A stretch of DNA of 64,000 nucleotides from Octopus vulgaris (taxonomy: Eukaryota). Of this stretch, positions 12,940 through 28,010 are shown in pieces; the stretch's first letter is position 1, and each line of letters starts with the position of its first letter. The translations under genes and the position numbers were made by a program. The stretch covers positions 82,708,001-82,772,000 of the forward strand of contig OX597819.1 in assembly GCA_951406725.2 (NCBI GenBank), read 5' to 3'. The notes beneath the pieces are model-generated. The model did no database searches, had not been told where the DNA came from, and saw nothing but the letters and a program-made list of their open reading frames with translations.

Positions 12940-15900
12940 ATGCTTCTACAACACAGATATGTTAAAATTAGTATATTTAAGCATATAGTAAAATGAAATT
13001 ATGAAGTTTATTTATTAACTATGGTAAAAGAAAGAAGTCACCATGTGTTAAGTTTAGAAAACAAGTTATCAATCAAATTTAGAAAACAGGTCTGCATATT
13101 GATTATTTTATTTAGGTTTCTAATTCTTTTAGTTTTATTTACATTCTTACTCATTCATTTTCATAGTATATCAAACTTGAGTTTAGCGTGAAGTTTTAGA
13201 ATCATGAAATTTTCTGTAATTTTTACTAGATTCAAGTTATATTTAGAAGTGTGAAATAAAACTATGATAAACACTATCAACATTCCAAAGTGTTGCTATC
13301 TCTGATTACCAGTTATTGATCCATTAAATATTACTATAAGCAGGAGATTTTATGAAAATATATAGTTTTCTTTTTATAACAAAATGCTATAGAAGAAAAT
13401 GAAAAAGAACTGAATAAAAAGGAAGAAAACAGTTCTAAACAAAGTAATTATCTATTTTTAACTGTTTTTATAAGTACTCTGCATAAAGTTTTACTATCCA
13501 GAAATACACTTATCAACACTCATGTTTCTCCTAGCAATTCATTTGTTGATAAAATATAGTCATATTGGACTTTGTTGTAAATCCATCAACTAAAATATAA
13601 ACAATAAATCTTATTAGATTAGTTATATAAAAAATAATGTTGCTTTAGAAATTTCAAAAGTTTACCAGTGATCATATATTATTAGAAGTAGATTCTTGAC
13701 AGAATAAACAGTTGATAAATAAAATTTCTCATGATGCATTTCACTCACTTCTAATCTGTGTATTGATATGGTAAAAAAAAATTTGAAATCTACTTAAGAT
13801 ATATTATTTCATTTTTAAATCATCAAGTCAATTTGCTATTGGTATGGTAATTCCTTTCAATGTATTGTTCTACTGAGAGATTTCCTAAAATGCTCTTTAG
13901 TAGATAGATTATTGGTTGTGATAAAGGGTACTATTATATTAAGAGAATTTGTTCTAGAAGTAGATTATCAACAGATAGTTTTACAAAATAGCTTCAAATA
14001 TTTGTAATTGTAGCTCTAGATAAAGATTAAAACAAGGCCAAGTAGATATTTTCTAAAAATATAAAAATAAATATATACTTAGCTTCTGCTTTTTAATTTT
14101 GATAGTCTATCTGTTGTGTTATTATTTGGTATATATTGCAAAATACAATTTTAGCCATATATTTGAAATTAGCCATTATCTCTTTGCTTTGCCATATTTT
14201 ACCTTTTATATCCAATTGGAATAACTGGCTTTAGCACGTTGGTTCGTTGATGTTCATTTATCATTTATTTTTACTGCTATTTTAAATAACCAAATATACT
14301 GACAAAAGGTTATATATAATGAATAGATATTTATAGCATAGTGATGAATAAGAATTCTATCAACTAAGAAAATACTGAAAGTTTAATAGAAGTTTAAAGT
14401 AGACAATATTGAAGTTACATTTTATGCAAAAATTTCCCTCCCTATCTGTTCATCCTGTCAGCTTCAGAAATTTACATTAAAAAATTATGCAATATTTTTT
14501 GTGAAAAATTTTTTAATAGATTTCTTTTTACCATAAAGTTTTTATGAGATTTAAAAATATTTTTTTAAGCAGTACTTTTTCTTTTCAATAACCATTTATA
14601 CTTACATGCTGTTTCCACAATAATCAAATATCTGATTTTTATCTAGAGTATATTATTGATCCTTCTTAAAGTACAGTATATATTTCACAGATTTTAGAAT
14701 AACTTACAGCTTCATATATGGTTGATTTTTAAAGAACACTGTTGTTATTTCCCCATTTTATAATCATTTGTTGTTTTTGGTTATTTTTTTCAATAGAGAA
14801 AAGCAACTCCATGCTACTTGAATAAATCAATTATTTCTATAAGTTAAATACAATAATCAATAGAAGAAATATAAACAAAGTTCAATATATTTTGCAGTGA
14901 ATTATTTTGTTATTCCATTTCTGTATGCATCATTTTATGCCAAAAGAGAAGATTGCTTCATAAAATTGAGGAAGAAGTTTCTTAGGATTTCATATACAAA
15001 TACAGAATGGCTGCTTTTTAATGCATATGGAGTGGCTAATTAATGTGCTTTATGTTTTCTAACTAATACAAAGGTTGTGAGTTACATTGATTTCTTCCTT
15101 TTCCCAAGGCACATCCTTTATTTATCTCAATCACTTGGATGAATCCCACCTTGTAGTTGACCAGTGTACTCCAATTCATGAAAATATAATCCTTAAAATA
15201 TTTATTTAAAAAAATTGCTTTCAGTATCATCGTGTCTGTCATACTACACCAACCATGAAGTATGCATCAGATTACTTTTCAGAATATCTAATCAATATCC
15301 AGATGTAAATGTAAAAGGGGCATTTACATATTTATTTTCTTAAGCCTGCCTTATCTGTCATGATCAAAAGGAGCTGATGTTTACAGCCCATTTGGCTGTA
15401 ATGTGGGTAATGAAGATAAAGAGAATAGTTCAAATAGCTGTCCATATCCACAAAAAATAAATAAAAAACAGAAAATGAAGATATAATAAAGTGACACTTT
15501 TTTCTATTGCAACTTTCAAAAACAATTTCTTTCTGGTAATAAGATAACATTTATTAAAAAAAATTGCTACTGTCTGGAGAAGTGAGATAACATATCAAAT
15601 GGATATTTAAGACTATTAATTAGCAAATGGGATGAATAATGCTAAATATGGTATACATAGTAAATATATACCAATTTATTATCTGTTAATAGGTTCCATG
15701 TTGTTTCATTAGTAAAAGCACTTAACTATATGCCACAATTTTAGGAAGAGGTGCATGCCTCTTAGGAAGAGGTGCATGCTTCTAGGCCATAATAATCCTA
15801 GAAATTTTTCATTAGATCAGTTATAAAGTGAAAGTAAAGAACATTTGACTATTAGTATAGTTTTTGAAGTTATACTCTTATATACATCTCGGTGAAAAGT

Positions 15901-18637
15901 CATTTCTTTTCTGTTAAAATATATAAAAAATATTCACTAAATTCAATTTGTTTTATATTTTTTAAAATTGCATAACTTAAATGAAACTGACACAGATTCT
16001 TTCATTATACGGTTTGTGCATATAACTATTTGTTGATAAATTATTTTCAAAAGGTAATAATCTAGTTTTTAACTCTTTTTCACTTTTTATTTTGTAAGTT
16101 GTCTGAATTTAAGAAATTAACCAAAATGAGTCTAGATATGTGGTATTGATATCAAATGATTAGGAGCCATTTTCTGTTACATCAATCAGTGAGAAAGACT
16201 ATTTGGTATTATAAAAACTAATTATTATATAACCCTTATAACTAGAAGTATAAATAGTCTGTGTCATGTTTGCTTAAGAGGAAATAGCTTTACAAATTTG
16301 CTCTATTATTTCTACTATTTTATACATATATATATATATATATATATATCTGAACAAGTACAGATTCTAAAAGAAAATCTCTTGTGAGATAAGTTGACAA
16401 ATATTGAAAGATCTATCTTCTAATGGGCAGAATCTTTATCACCTACTTTTACTTCCATCTCTGAATGGCATTTTTAACATTTTTCCATGACTATGCTTGT
16501 ACTGTTATTTAAGACTATGAAAGGGAAAATGAGATTTTTCTTTTAAAAAAATTCTGTGGATTGATATTTCAATATCATTTGCAAACTTCTATTTCATTTG
16601 ACATTTTCTGTTTGTAAGTGAAGAATAATTTTATTCAAATTCCTGGTGGTGTACCAAGCTTGTCATGCCAATCCACATTTGGAGTCAGTGCTAAATATCA
16701 ATAACTTCTTATTGAAATGATATGTGATAGTTTCTGTCTCTCTTTATGAACATTATAGTGAATTTTATGTATGACTTGGGGATTTTGGTTTATAATTTCA
16801 TTACTTTATATAGTAATGTAATTTTATGTCTATAGGATTTTGTTATAAACATTTAACTTTTCTTTAGAAAACTCTGAATTCATTTATGTGTTATTAGTGA
16901 TTTTCTGAATTTTTTCTCTTTATTTTTAATTTACTATAGCTGATAAACAAATATAATAAAAAAAAATTCTTATAAGTGAGTTTGATGAAATTTGTAAACC
17001 AAATTTTCAATTGAGCATCTTCAAATTCATAAAAAACTAATAAAACATCAAAGTTTGATGTTATGCACTAAGAATGATTAAGAATTATTTTCATTTTCTA
17101 TGAGTTCTATGTAGAGTTCTTGGCTATCAGTATTAAGCTGAATGGCTTTTATTAGATTTTAGTTTTATTTTGAAAAGATTATCTTCAAAGGTTTGATCAC
17201 AAACCAATGATTAGAAATTCAGTTTGTTTTACTAATGCTCTTCTGTTTCATAATTAAATAGTCAGCATTAGCAAAACCATATTTAATATATATTTCAAAT
17301 GTCCAGTTTTGGATCTGGTTAAATTCTGTTCAAAGTATTGTATTCTAATAAATGGTAGATCTTCTGAGTCTCTGACAAACCATTTAATTTTGTTTTGCCA
17401 TAGATGTTATCAGAAAAATCTACACTAAAATATATATCTTCTGATCTGCAGTAGTTGTCCCTTTCACAATTCTATTTCATTACTGTAGGCTTATTGCTGG
17501 CCTTGTGATTCTGCATTTAAAACATGCTGTTTTATATATTTCTATTAAATTTTCCTTAGATGTGTGGATAAAGAAAGAAGCTTTCTGCATAAAATTGTAT
17601 TTATCAACAAACTGTTGATAAAGCTTGTTAATATAATAAACAAAACTGTTTAACCAATCACTTTTTCTGAAACAATTCATATCAAAGACACTTGTGGATT
17701 TCTCTATTTTGTACTGAATAAAAGTCTCTGTAAATTTATTAATGTTTATATTTTGTCAGTATTGTGAAACATTTTTTGTACCTTTTGGTACCAGCTTAAT
17801 TTATTTTTTAAATGATCTCAAATAGCACATACTAGTGCTGCATCAAATCAATTTTTTTGAAAGCATCTCGATTTATTTGGTGCATATGTTTTATCTTCAG
17901 TTTATTTTTTTAGCATTTTCATTGTAATATTCTCTTCTGTATATTTTTTTGACATATCCTTGTTTCTACATATTATGCAATACATCAAAATCTTGGAAAA
18001 AGTCTCCATATTTTAATCATCTCTTTATATCAGGGTGTATTGAATTTTCTCTGGGTTTGAAATACTTTAGTTCATTTTATTTCTTAAACCATAGATATTT
18101 TAAATGAAAAAAAAAAATAATAGTAATTTATCCTTTATTTTTAAGGTAAAATAAAATAAGAATTATTTTGTAGCTCATAAATAATATACATAGATACAGA
18201 CCATGGTACAACTTGCAATGAGCATGCTTGTGTGTGGATGGGTGTACATAGGCATACACATGCACAAATATGCACACATACTATATAGAGATAGATATAA
18301 TGCATGTATTTCTATAAGCATGCATATCTGCTATATATACATACATCCATCCATCCATCCATACATACATATATATATATATATATACACACAGACACAC
18401 ACACACACACACACACAATTACAAAAGAGCTGCTGATAGTTTCCTGTTTTAAGATACATTAAATTAGCTGATTTATATAACATGCCATGTTATATAAATC
18501 TGTCAATTTAATGTATCTTAAAGCATGAAACTCTCAGCAGCTCTTTTGTAATTGTATATATTAAATGCTATTTATTTCTTACTGGATGGAGTACATTTTT
18601 TGTTGATCCTACGTAGAATGGATCCATGTACTGTATT

Positions 18638-18639
<2 letters not shown>

Positions 18640-18677
<38 letters not shown>

Positions 18678-18802
18678 GTATACACACACACATATATATA
18701 TATGCATGTATGTATATATATATGTATATATATGTATATATATATATATGTATATATATGTATATATATGTATATATATGTATATATGCGCATAGATATA
18801 TA

Positions 18803-18871
<69 letters not shown>

Positions 18872-18880
18872 CATACACAA
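18640..18880. repeat. compound (TA)n/(TATG)n microsatellite
   Basis: Directly visible. Confidence 0.9.
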
Positions 18881-21800
18881 GTATAGAGAAGTTGAGAGAG
18901 AGAAAAATAGATTTTGCAGTAATAACAGTGCTAATTATAAAAAAAAACAATAAAATGCCATCCTGCATTTTGAAATACATTCTCATTCTATATTCCAGAA
19001 AACATTTCATAATTATATCAGTGTTCACATGCCGATAATATTTTGATAATTAAATTTATGAAATTTTTGGGAGCATTACATTATTATTCTGATAATGCTG
19101 GTTATATAGTTTCATTCACTTGGTAATCAATTGTGTTGTCATTGATTTTTTTTAGTAATATTCCAGAATATTCCTTATCCTTCGTTGCTACTCAAGATAG
19201 GGCTATGTAGTATATTAGTAAAACTTTCGTTGCTGTTTTTTTTTCCACTTACGAACATTCTCATCTTTTAAATGTTACAAAGGAAATTGATGATTTAAAT
19301 CAATCTTACTTATCTTTAGATATGTAGTAAATAACAATGAGAAACCCACCAAGAAAACAATATCAATATGAAATTTTAAAATGTTGATGTGTTTTATTTA
19401 CCATATCTAATTTAATTTGTTTACCTCTCATTGTGAGACATCATCTTAATGCTATATAAAATTTTATGAAAAAGAGAAAAAATACAGAGTATGAATGGCT
19501 GTAGCAAAACCAATCATATTCTGTTATTAAAAGCGCATCAATGTTGTACAATTTTTACCTAATGAAATTTAATGAAGATCACTTTAAAGTTTGAAGCAGA
19601 AGTGCATACAACCAAGGCAGCTAAAATTAATTTTACTGATGATGATAAGAATTAGACAGTCTTACAGGAGTATGATGTGAAGAATTTTAAATTCCTGTAA
19701 GGTTTTATTAAATCCATCCAGTGAGCACTTTATAAGTGTGATTTCACCAAAAATATATTTTAAATGGAAAAATATATTGGCAGCTTTAACTGTGATACAA
19801 TTTTAAAATTTAATTAACAGTTGAGGAAAAATTTTAATTTAAAATTGATCAATTTATTTGATATTGAAGGAAAAAATATATAATGAAGCATCTTGATTTG
19901 AATTATTGAAAGCAGTCTTTAGCATTATACTGAACACTGAAGGTGAGGGTGCAGCAGTTTATATTCATTCCAAATTGTCAAACAAACATATGATTAGTTA
20001 CCAATAAAATAGATCTTATTTAGATAGAAGAGATATGCCATAAAAAAGGTAATATGATAATGACATCATTAAAGACGAATTCTTGCATTTCAATATTTCG
20101 AATCAGTGAGTAAATGTCAAAGTAACTAACATAGTTGCCACAAAATAGACAATATAAAAGCTTTTTAAAATTTAAAACTCATTTCAATTTTAGAGAAATA
20201 TTAGTTTTTATACATGGGTACAACCCCGAATTTGAGTGAATTAACTCTCATATATTTCTTGTATTTTTATCAACCACATATTGAATAAAAAAAATCATAG
20301 CCCAGGAACGATTTATCGTAAGATATTTAGTTTAATGTTCTATTACATTAGCAAACTGACCTATCTTACCAACGCTTCTTCCTAGTCATAAGCCATGTAT
20401 TGTACCCTTGCATTCAATATTGTTGGAATTATTGAATCTTTTATTGATATTTTAAATATTTTTCAGAAAACATAAGGTTTTTCTGGCTTATTTTATAAAT
20501 AATAACTAAAGATTTACTAGTTTTAGTTATAATTATTTTAATTAGCAATACAGTCAGTAACTACTATGGGATAATTATTTTTAAATAATTCAAATCAAAT
20601 TTGGCATTTTCATTTTTTTAAAAAGATTTCCTAGATCTTTTAGATTTGTACAAGGTAGTTTACATAAAATGTTATAGGTTTCAGATTTCAGTAATTCCTG
20701 AAGACTAATCAATCTATCATAGATATACATCCATAACTCATTTCAATCTGTCTTCTTTTGCTTTAAAACATGTTTTGTTTTAAAACAAAACTTGTATATT
20801 TCTTAAGTAATTTCTGTATGATATGAAGAAATAAATAATTTGCTATTTGGTAGAATAAGGAAAATAGACATATTCATCATATAATACAATTGCATTTTAT
20901 AATCATTTGAAATTTTAAAATTAACCTATCATTAAATTCAGACTGTGTATAATTTTTTAATATTGTAAATTTAAGTATTTGTCAATATTTAACTTTTAAT
21001 AATTTGTTACATGTTAGAAGATTTGGAAAATTTGGAGCCTACAGGAAAAGGTATCATTTCATTTAGGGTTTAATACAGCATAACAGTCTTAATGCTTCAG
21101 TCAAAGCCTTCTATCTTATTACTTTTTTTTGCGCGATGTTAATTTTTGTTATAACGAATTACAAAATAATGCGAATATTGCATTTTCTTTCAGATAATTC
21201 TAAAACATTCTCAAATTAGAATATAATTTTGAAATATTCAAAGTATTTCACAAGAAACAAAATTAAAAAATTTTTAATGTGAATATTTTTTTCCTGTCTT
21301 TTTTTTTATATTCTGTTTTATACACCCTTTCTGAATCCATTTGAGACCTACCTTGTAATTAACAATTATGTAATTACAAACTGTAAAAGCTACCAGTGAA
21401 AACCATGCTGATTGAGCAAATGAGGAAACCTCTATTCCAGGTGACTCAAACTGTTTGAAATAGCAGATGACTCTCTCAAATTATAGTCTTACTTAAAAAG
21501 GGAACTCATTACCATGTGTTCTTTTATATAACCCTAAACAAATGTGAGGTATTTAAGTCTGAAATACTTTTGATTATAAATCTTCTCAATAAGAACTGAT
21601 CTGGAGTTAAACAACAGCTTTATTATTAATCAAACCATTGAGAGAGCTACTGGATTTGTCAATCTGCTAAAATAGCAGCAAAATCCCCTCAAATCACAAC
21701 TTGTTACCTTAAAAGGTACTGACATATTGGTTAGTGCAATCCAAGATACGCAAAAAAAAAAAAAAAGTAGAATGGTCATGGGTTGAATGCCTTTAATCAT

Positions 21801-23609
21801 AGGTTTATTCCATCAGAGCTAATTTGGAGCTAAACGACAATAGCGGCAATTTTATTGGAAATATTTTCAACACTAATGAACCTGATCTAAATCAGAAGTA
21901 GTACAATGAAAGAAATGATTAAAAGAGAATATTCATGTTTCTGGTAGGAAATAGAGAATTATGTTATTTATGAAATAGAAAATGGTTATACCTTAGGGAG
22001 CATTTTGAAAATTTTATTGAGTTATACATCAATTTTTGTCACAAATTCATAAATTAATTACAGTTTTTAATGAATTACTTAAGCATTTAAATGAAAATTA
22101 GTATTTTACTTATTTAAATCAGTATATTACTGATTTAAAATTGAAATATGCATCTTCACATCTTAGTCTATTTGGGTACATTGCCAATATCCTCTATTAT
22201 CCTAAGTTTTAACACAGTAATTAAGATTTAGTATTTCATACCACTTGCATTCTTAAATTACAATCCCTTCTTAATTTTTTATCCCTATTGTCATCAATTT
22301 TAGTTTAATTTTAAGTTCAAAAACTAATTGTGACACTATATTACCAATAATATACTATTTAAATACTTCTGTGTTACCATGTTTTGCTTTATTTAATTGG
22401 ACTTGTTTTAAAGTTGAAGAAAAAGAAAAATAATTATTTGTATGCCAAGGAATTCTATTAAGAGACAATTATTCTGAGGTACATATTTCATCGAAATTAT
22501 ACTTTCTTTCATTTTAGTTTTGGTGAATAATAAGAATTTGGTTTTTATTTATTATTAAGAAATTTTTTCTTTATATCTGATGCCATTTTGATACAAAGTG
22601 TACAATAAAACTAACTTCTGGCATTTTAAAAGCAAACTCTAAGTTGCTATCAACTCAATACATCTTTATAAAAGCAACATGCTTCTCTATTTCATCAGGT
22701 TTCAAACACTAACATAACACTCTTTTATGATATCATTGTGTACTTTCTTATTATTAAAAAAAAAAAAAAAACTTGTTTTATCAGTTAGTATATATAATAG
22801 GAAATTTGTTTATGAAACCTGAGATGTCTCAGCTGTTAAAACCTCTGTAAATTATTCAGTTGTAGCTTTCTTTCTTAACTCCTTTCAATTCAAAGTTTCT
22901 TTTTAACATCTGTCTACAAATGATGCTTCATGTACAATGTATTTTTCAATAAAACAAATTTTGAATTCCTAGATGCATGTTTTCTAATAATTTCTCCTAG
23001 TCTGCAAGAATGTATTCCATTTATTCTTCAACTTTTGAGTTTGAACATTTTCATAAATAGATATCATTCAACAGTCATATAAACCAAATGTTCAATTATA
23101 TGCCATTCTAAAAGCTTGCATATAAACAAACATTCTTCAAATCTTCAAAGTTTATAAAATTAACTATTATAATTCCCAAAAATAGAAAACAAAATATTTG
23201 TGTTTATGCTTTTGCAAGTATTTCCTTCAGAAAGAGCACATTAATATTCATTGATTTCCTATATAAGAAAGCAAATATCACAATTCTGTTCTTCATAAAC
23301 ACCGGCATAAATGCATTCATTTGGACTGGTTGAACAGTAGTTATGTCTATGATCAAGAACTAGTAATGAGCATAGAACTATTGTATGTTTTACCCTCCTT
23401 TACAGTCATAGATCACATTCATGCTATGCAGCTAATTTCCAAATGCCTTTCATTTCCTCTCCATGGGAGCATTGTCACTTTTGTTGTGTTCAAACCAACC
23501 AGATATTTCATCAATATATTTTGACTGGTACAGTTCTATATTTAAGAGATGAAGAATTATGTACATTATTTACATTTGACAGATATTTGTCCTCATCTTG
23601 TTTGTTGGT

Positions 23610-23655
23610 AACACAATGTTTCGGCTGATATATCCTCCAGCCTTCATCAGGTGTC
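23610..23655 (-). ncRNA. minimal type I hammerhead ribozyme fold
   Basis: GACAC-CUGAUGA-A-GGCUG(loop)CAGCC-GAAA-CA-U-U-GUGUU; stems I and II pair. Confidence 0.65.
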
Positions 23656-23833
23656 TTGGGGAAATTTCAAGCCTGGGTTCTCATTCCTAAGGTATTTTTC
23701 GATGTTATTATTATTCTTAGTACAGTCTACATTCCTTGTCACTCAGTACAGTCTACATTCCTTGTACAGTTCATGTCACACTACTGTGTATATACTACAA
23801 GTTTTCATTCTGTTGTTGCTGCATGCTTTCTTT

Positions 23834-24043
23834 CTGGACCTATTCTTGTACATCAGCTGCAATTTTCAATTACAAGTATTTGACTCATGTTAAATGCAGT
23901 ATCAGACAGTGGCTCTCATGGCTTCTGATCTTAACTGACTGGACCTATTCTTGTACATCAGCTGCAATTTTCAATTACAAGTATTTGACTCATGTTAAAT
24001 GCAGTATCATACAGTGGCTCTCATGGCTTCTGATCTTAACTGA
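23834..24043 (+). repeat. 105-bp tandem duplication
   Basis: 23834-23938 repeated at 23939-24043 with one visible mismatch; ctgga microhomology at the junctions. Confidence 0.92.
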
Positions 24044-24193
24044 CTGGAAGTGTTATCATGTACATTGCTTTGTCTTGGTATAAGAGATGGGCAACAGCAA
24101 ATATTCTGTTCAATACCACAGATCTGCTTGTCACTGCCTGGAATCTTGGGGCATATGGCGTAGTGGGCTACTAACCCTAAGAAATTTCCCCAA

Positions 24194-24239
24194 AACACCT
24201 GATGAAGGCTGGAAGGTATATCAGCCGAAACTTTGTGTT
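24194..24239 (+). ncRNA. minimal type I hammerhead ribozyme fold
   Basis: AACAC-CUGAUGA-A-GGCUG(gaaggtatat)CAGCC-GAAA-CU-U-U-GUGUU. Confidence 0.65.
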
Positions 24240-26059
24240 AACAACAAACAAGATGAGGACAAATATCTGTCAGTTGTAAATAATGTAAATATTGTATTTT
24301 GACTAGTATTGTATTTTATCTTAACTGCAACCTACTTGACTTGGATTACTAAAGCAATCCATGCTGATTGTCAATAAGTGAAGTGAAGAGAAGGGAAGAA
24401 AGATGCAGTCAATCATCGTTAATGATTGTTTCCAACATTTTGGAAATACTGGAAAAACAAGTAGTGTCATCAGAATTTTTCTTGAAGATTGAGCATACTA
24501 TTTGTGGATACACACGACGACAAGCTGAAAAACCTGATTAAGATAGGAGCTATTTCTAGAGCACTTTGATTGTAATTAAACAAGTGAAATTAATGCAGTA
24601 CAGCAATTGAAGATTAGTAGTGGTTTCTGTCAGATTTTAGCATGTTGTAGGAGGAAAATCATGAGCAGAAGCAAAGTATAGATGCATTGCTGACACAATC
24701 ATCTAGATTAAATTGGAGAAGCAATGATTATAACTCAATATTATAGAAGATATCTTTTGCAAGAAACCAAAATGTAAAGCTGCAGACTGGAAGACAGTAA
24801 AGTATGTTAGTTGTTTGCTGAATGAAAAACAGACAAAAAATACTGATCTTACTTTTAATGTATGGAAATGTTTCAGCTTAACTACAATTAAATTCAAGTA
24901 TAATCTGAATTTCACTGACTTGCTTTGCTTTCTAATTACAGAAGCTGATATAAGTAAAGTTCTTTAAAGAAAATTCCACATATTTTCAGTTAGGATTTAA
25001 ATCATCTCTTATAAAATTAAGTGCATTTTAAATCTGTAGATTACTGGGGTAACTTCAAAGATTAAGCTTGTGCAATTTAGAAAGTATAGCAGCAAGAAAT
25101 ACAAATAGCCATTAGTTACTTGTATTATTTGACTTGAAAAATACCAGTAGTTTACATCAAAGTATCTTATTAGTATAAAGTATAAAAATCAAAATATCAC
25201 TTCGCTACCAATTTGTTCAATCAATATTTGGTTATTACGTGCAGCCTTTAGATATAACAGGTATAATTTTACATGCAAATACTTGTCTGTAGAAAACAGT
25301 ATCACTACTTGTAATTTCTGCATTATTTGAAGATAGCCCTCATTTCATCTTTACAACAACAATCAGATGTCTAACATCACTGTATACATTTGTTCATGAA
25401 ATTGATAAATGTCAGAATATCTCTTCCACAGTATTCATTATCATCATTATCATCAGTTTACTGTCGTTTTTACATGTTGCATAGGTTTCACAGATTTTCT
25501 TTGATACGGCACCTATATGTTATAGTCTCTCATTACTAAGGTAATTAATCATTCCAGAAATGAATACTGGTCATATGGCAATATCTGCAGCATCATTGGT
25601 CTCATCTACTCATGTATCTATCATAATTTTAGTCAACCAACCAAGGGATTTTATTTTTCTGTCATATGCATTTTCAATAAGATAAAATCCAAAATCCAAG
25701 GTAATAACTAATGGGCTACCTCAGCACCTTTAATATGATTTATAACTATATCTTTAGGCAACTCACTCTTCTTTAATACATATGTAATATCCTTGACAAT
25801 TGCATCAACTTCTCAGATAATATGTTGTAAGGAACCAAAGCTGCTCTTCTAAAATAGATCTTTATACTCTTAAGTTTGGTAAATTCGAATGGTTCATACT
25901 TGATTTTTTTTATCAAACTACTTCATTCTATGTTCCTTGAGCATTGATTGCAAGTGCCCTCAGTATTTGGCAGGGACTGTTAAACTATTTCATGTATACT
26001 TTTTGAGACATCTGGTCGATTGGTTGATATTAATCTATCAGTATAGATAACCATGTTCC

Positions 26060-26350
26060 AGATGGTTGTTACCATTGATGCTTGTGATGAGGAGTGATAT
26101 GCTTGAACCAGTACTCAGTCATTTTATGTCCAAATTTTTCACATATCAACCAGTGCAAGTAATTTCTCACACAGTTTTGCCAAGATGGACATTTAATACA
26201 GTGCATCAGATATTTGTCACAGGCTTATCTGCACAGATGTCTGGTACATTCTAATTTTGCTTCTTTGTCATCATTAGATTACTGTTTTGATAAGAATTGA
26301 GAATTTAATGCATGATCTAGTTCTTCAAACAACATGCTTTATTTTTCTTT
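26060..26350 (-). mobile_element. possible decayed R4/Dong-like LINE fragment
   Basis: Minus strand HWLICEKFGHKMTEYWFKH resembles the segment after the zinc knuckle in RLE-type LINEs. Confidence 0.35.
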
Positions 26351-26438
26351 GCATTACACAGCTATGAGCCACACACAGGATGCATTCTTATATTTGTATT
26401 TCATGTAGCATATTCACAGTGGCATAGCATGAGGTTTG

Positions 26439-26729
26439 GTCACTCAGTACAGTCTACATTCCTTGTACAGTTCATGTCACACTACTGTGTATATACTACA
26501 AGTTTTCATTCTGTTGTTGCTGCATGCTTTCTTTCTGGACCTATTCTTGTACATCAGCTGCAATTTTCAATTACAAGTATTTGACTCATGTTAAATGCAG
26601 TATCAGACAGTGGCTCTCATGGCTTCTGATCTTAACTGACTGGAAGTGTTATCATGTACATTGCTTTGTCTTGGTATAAGAGATGGGCAACAGCAAATAT
26701 TCTGTTCAATACCACAGATCTACTTGTCA
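26439..26729 (+). repeat. ~290-bp segment duplicated inside the 23562-24287 element
   Basis: Near-identical to 23738-24133 once the 105-bp tandem duplication is removed. Confidence 0.92.
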
Positions 26730-27175
26730 TTTGTTTGACCTTAATCAGTTGAGCATATCCCTTAGTGGCTAATGATATGTGCATTCAGGGACCTTTTGCA
26801 TGGGATGGGCTACTCAACTTAAAGAAAATGCAAACTGAGCCCCACCTGCAAGGTCATGCACTCTTTATCTTGACATGAGATCACCATGTCATGTACATAT
26901 AGTTATGATGCATGTACCTGGTGTGCCCTTATCAGGCAGGTAGTCATGATGGTTATGCTGGGCTTCATATATTTTACCCCAGTGTCACTTTGATGGCATG
27001 CACCACTCTCTCACTCAATAATAATAATAATGATAATAATAATGGTTTTAAATTTTTTCACAAGAGGAGCCATTTTAAGGGAGGGTTTAAGTTGATTACA
27101 TCAACCCAGTGTTTCACTGGTACTTAAATTATCAACTCCAAAAGGATGAAAGGCAAAGTCAACCTAGAAAGAATA

Positions 27176-27231
27176 ATGATAACAATAATAATATTAATAA
27201 TAATAATATTAATAATAATAATAATAATAAT

Positions 27232-27310
<79 letters not shown>
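27176..27310. repeat. (AAT)n microsatellite
   Basis: Directly visible. Confidence 0.95.
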
Positions 27311-27311
<1 letters not shown>

Positions 27312-27319
27312 GGCAATAC

Positions 27320-28010
27320 AGTACAAATGTTGTTAGGCAGACTAAGAATGAGCCTGAGAAAATTTATAGAAAGACTAAGAAAATGATGACTGTGAACAAG
27401 GAATTGCACCCTAAAAGCGGTATCAATAGAGTGTAACTAATTACACCAAGTTCCAAATAAATATGAACAATGATTCACCCCATTGTAGGATGTGTGTGAG
27501 CAAAAACAAAACAATCTCATGCATTCTGAGTGAGTGTAGGAAACTGGCCCAAAGGGATTCTCTGGGGATTGTGTGGTCTTGAAAGAACATGGAAATGGTA
27601 GAAGGCATCACTAGAAGGCATCACTGACAATAATGAATACAAGATCTTATGGGATTTTAAAATCCAGTTTGACTAACAAATTGATGCTTGGATGTCAGAT
27701 ATGTTGTAGTGGGTAAAAGGAAGAAGAAAAACCAAGATCATAGATATTGCCATACCTGGGGATGCTCACATGGATGACAAAGAGCTGGAAAAAATGAAAA
27801 AATACAAACTACTAAAAGAAAAAAAATTGCACAACTGTGGGCAATGAAGTCATCCCAGTAGTTCTAGGGGCAATGGGAGCACTAACAACCAGGTTTGAGA
27901 AATATGTCTGAGAAATTGGAATTAGTATGAGGGTAGAACATGCTTAAAAACTGTTCTGTTGGGGACAGTAAGGACTTTGAAATTGGTACTTGGGTGTTGA
28001 GTATCATGGA
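27320..28010 (+). mobile_element. decayed R4/Dong-like LINE (zinc knuckle + restriction-like endonuclease)
   Basis: Broken frames give CRMC, ILSECRKLAQR, YKILWDF, KTKIIDIAIPGD...KELEK..KY, VIPVVLGAMG, KTVLLGT; (AAT)n tail follows. Confidence 0.75.

Larger units (their letters stand above)
23562..24287. mobile_element. hammerhead-bearing inverted-repeat element (Penelope-like pseudo-LTR type) with ~107-bp arms
   Basis: 23562-23668 is an imperfect reverse complement of 24181-24287; each arm contains a hammerhead core. Confidence 0.7.

Noticed and set aside
15741-15779. 18-bp direct repeat ttaggaagaggtgcatgc
   Set aside because: Only two copies; a simple local duplication.
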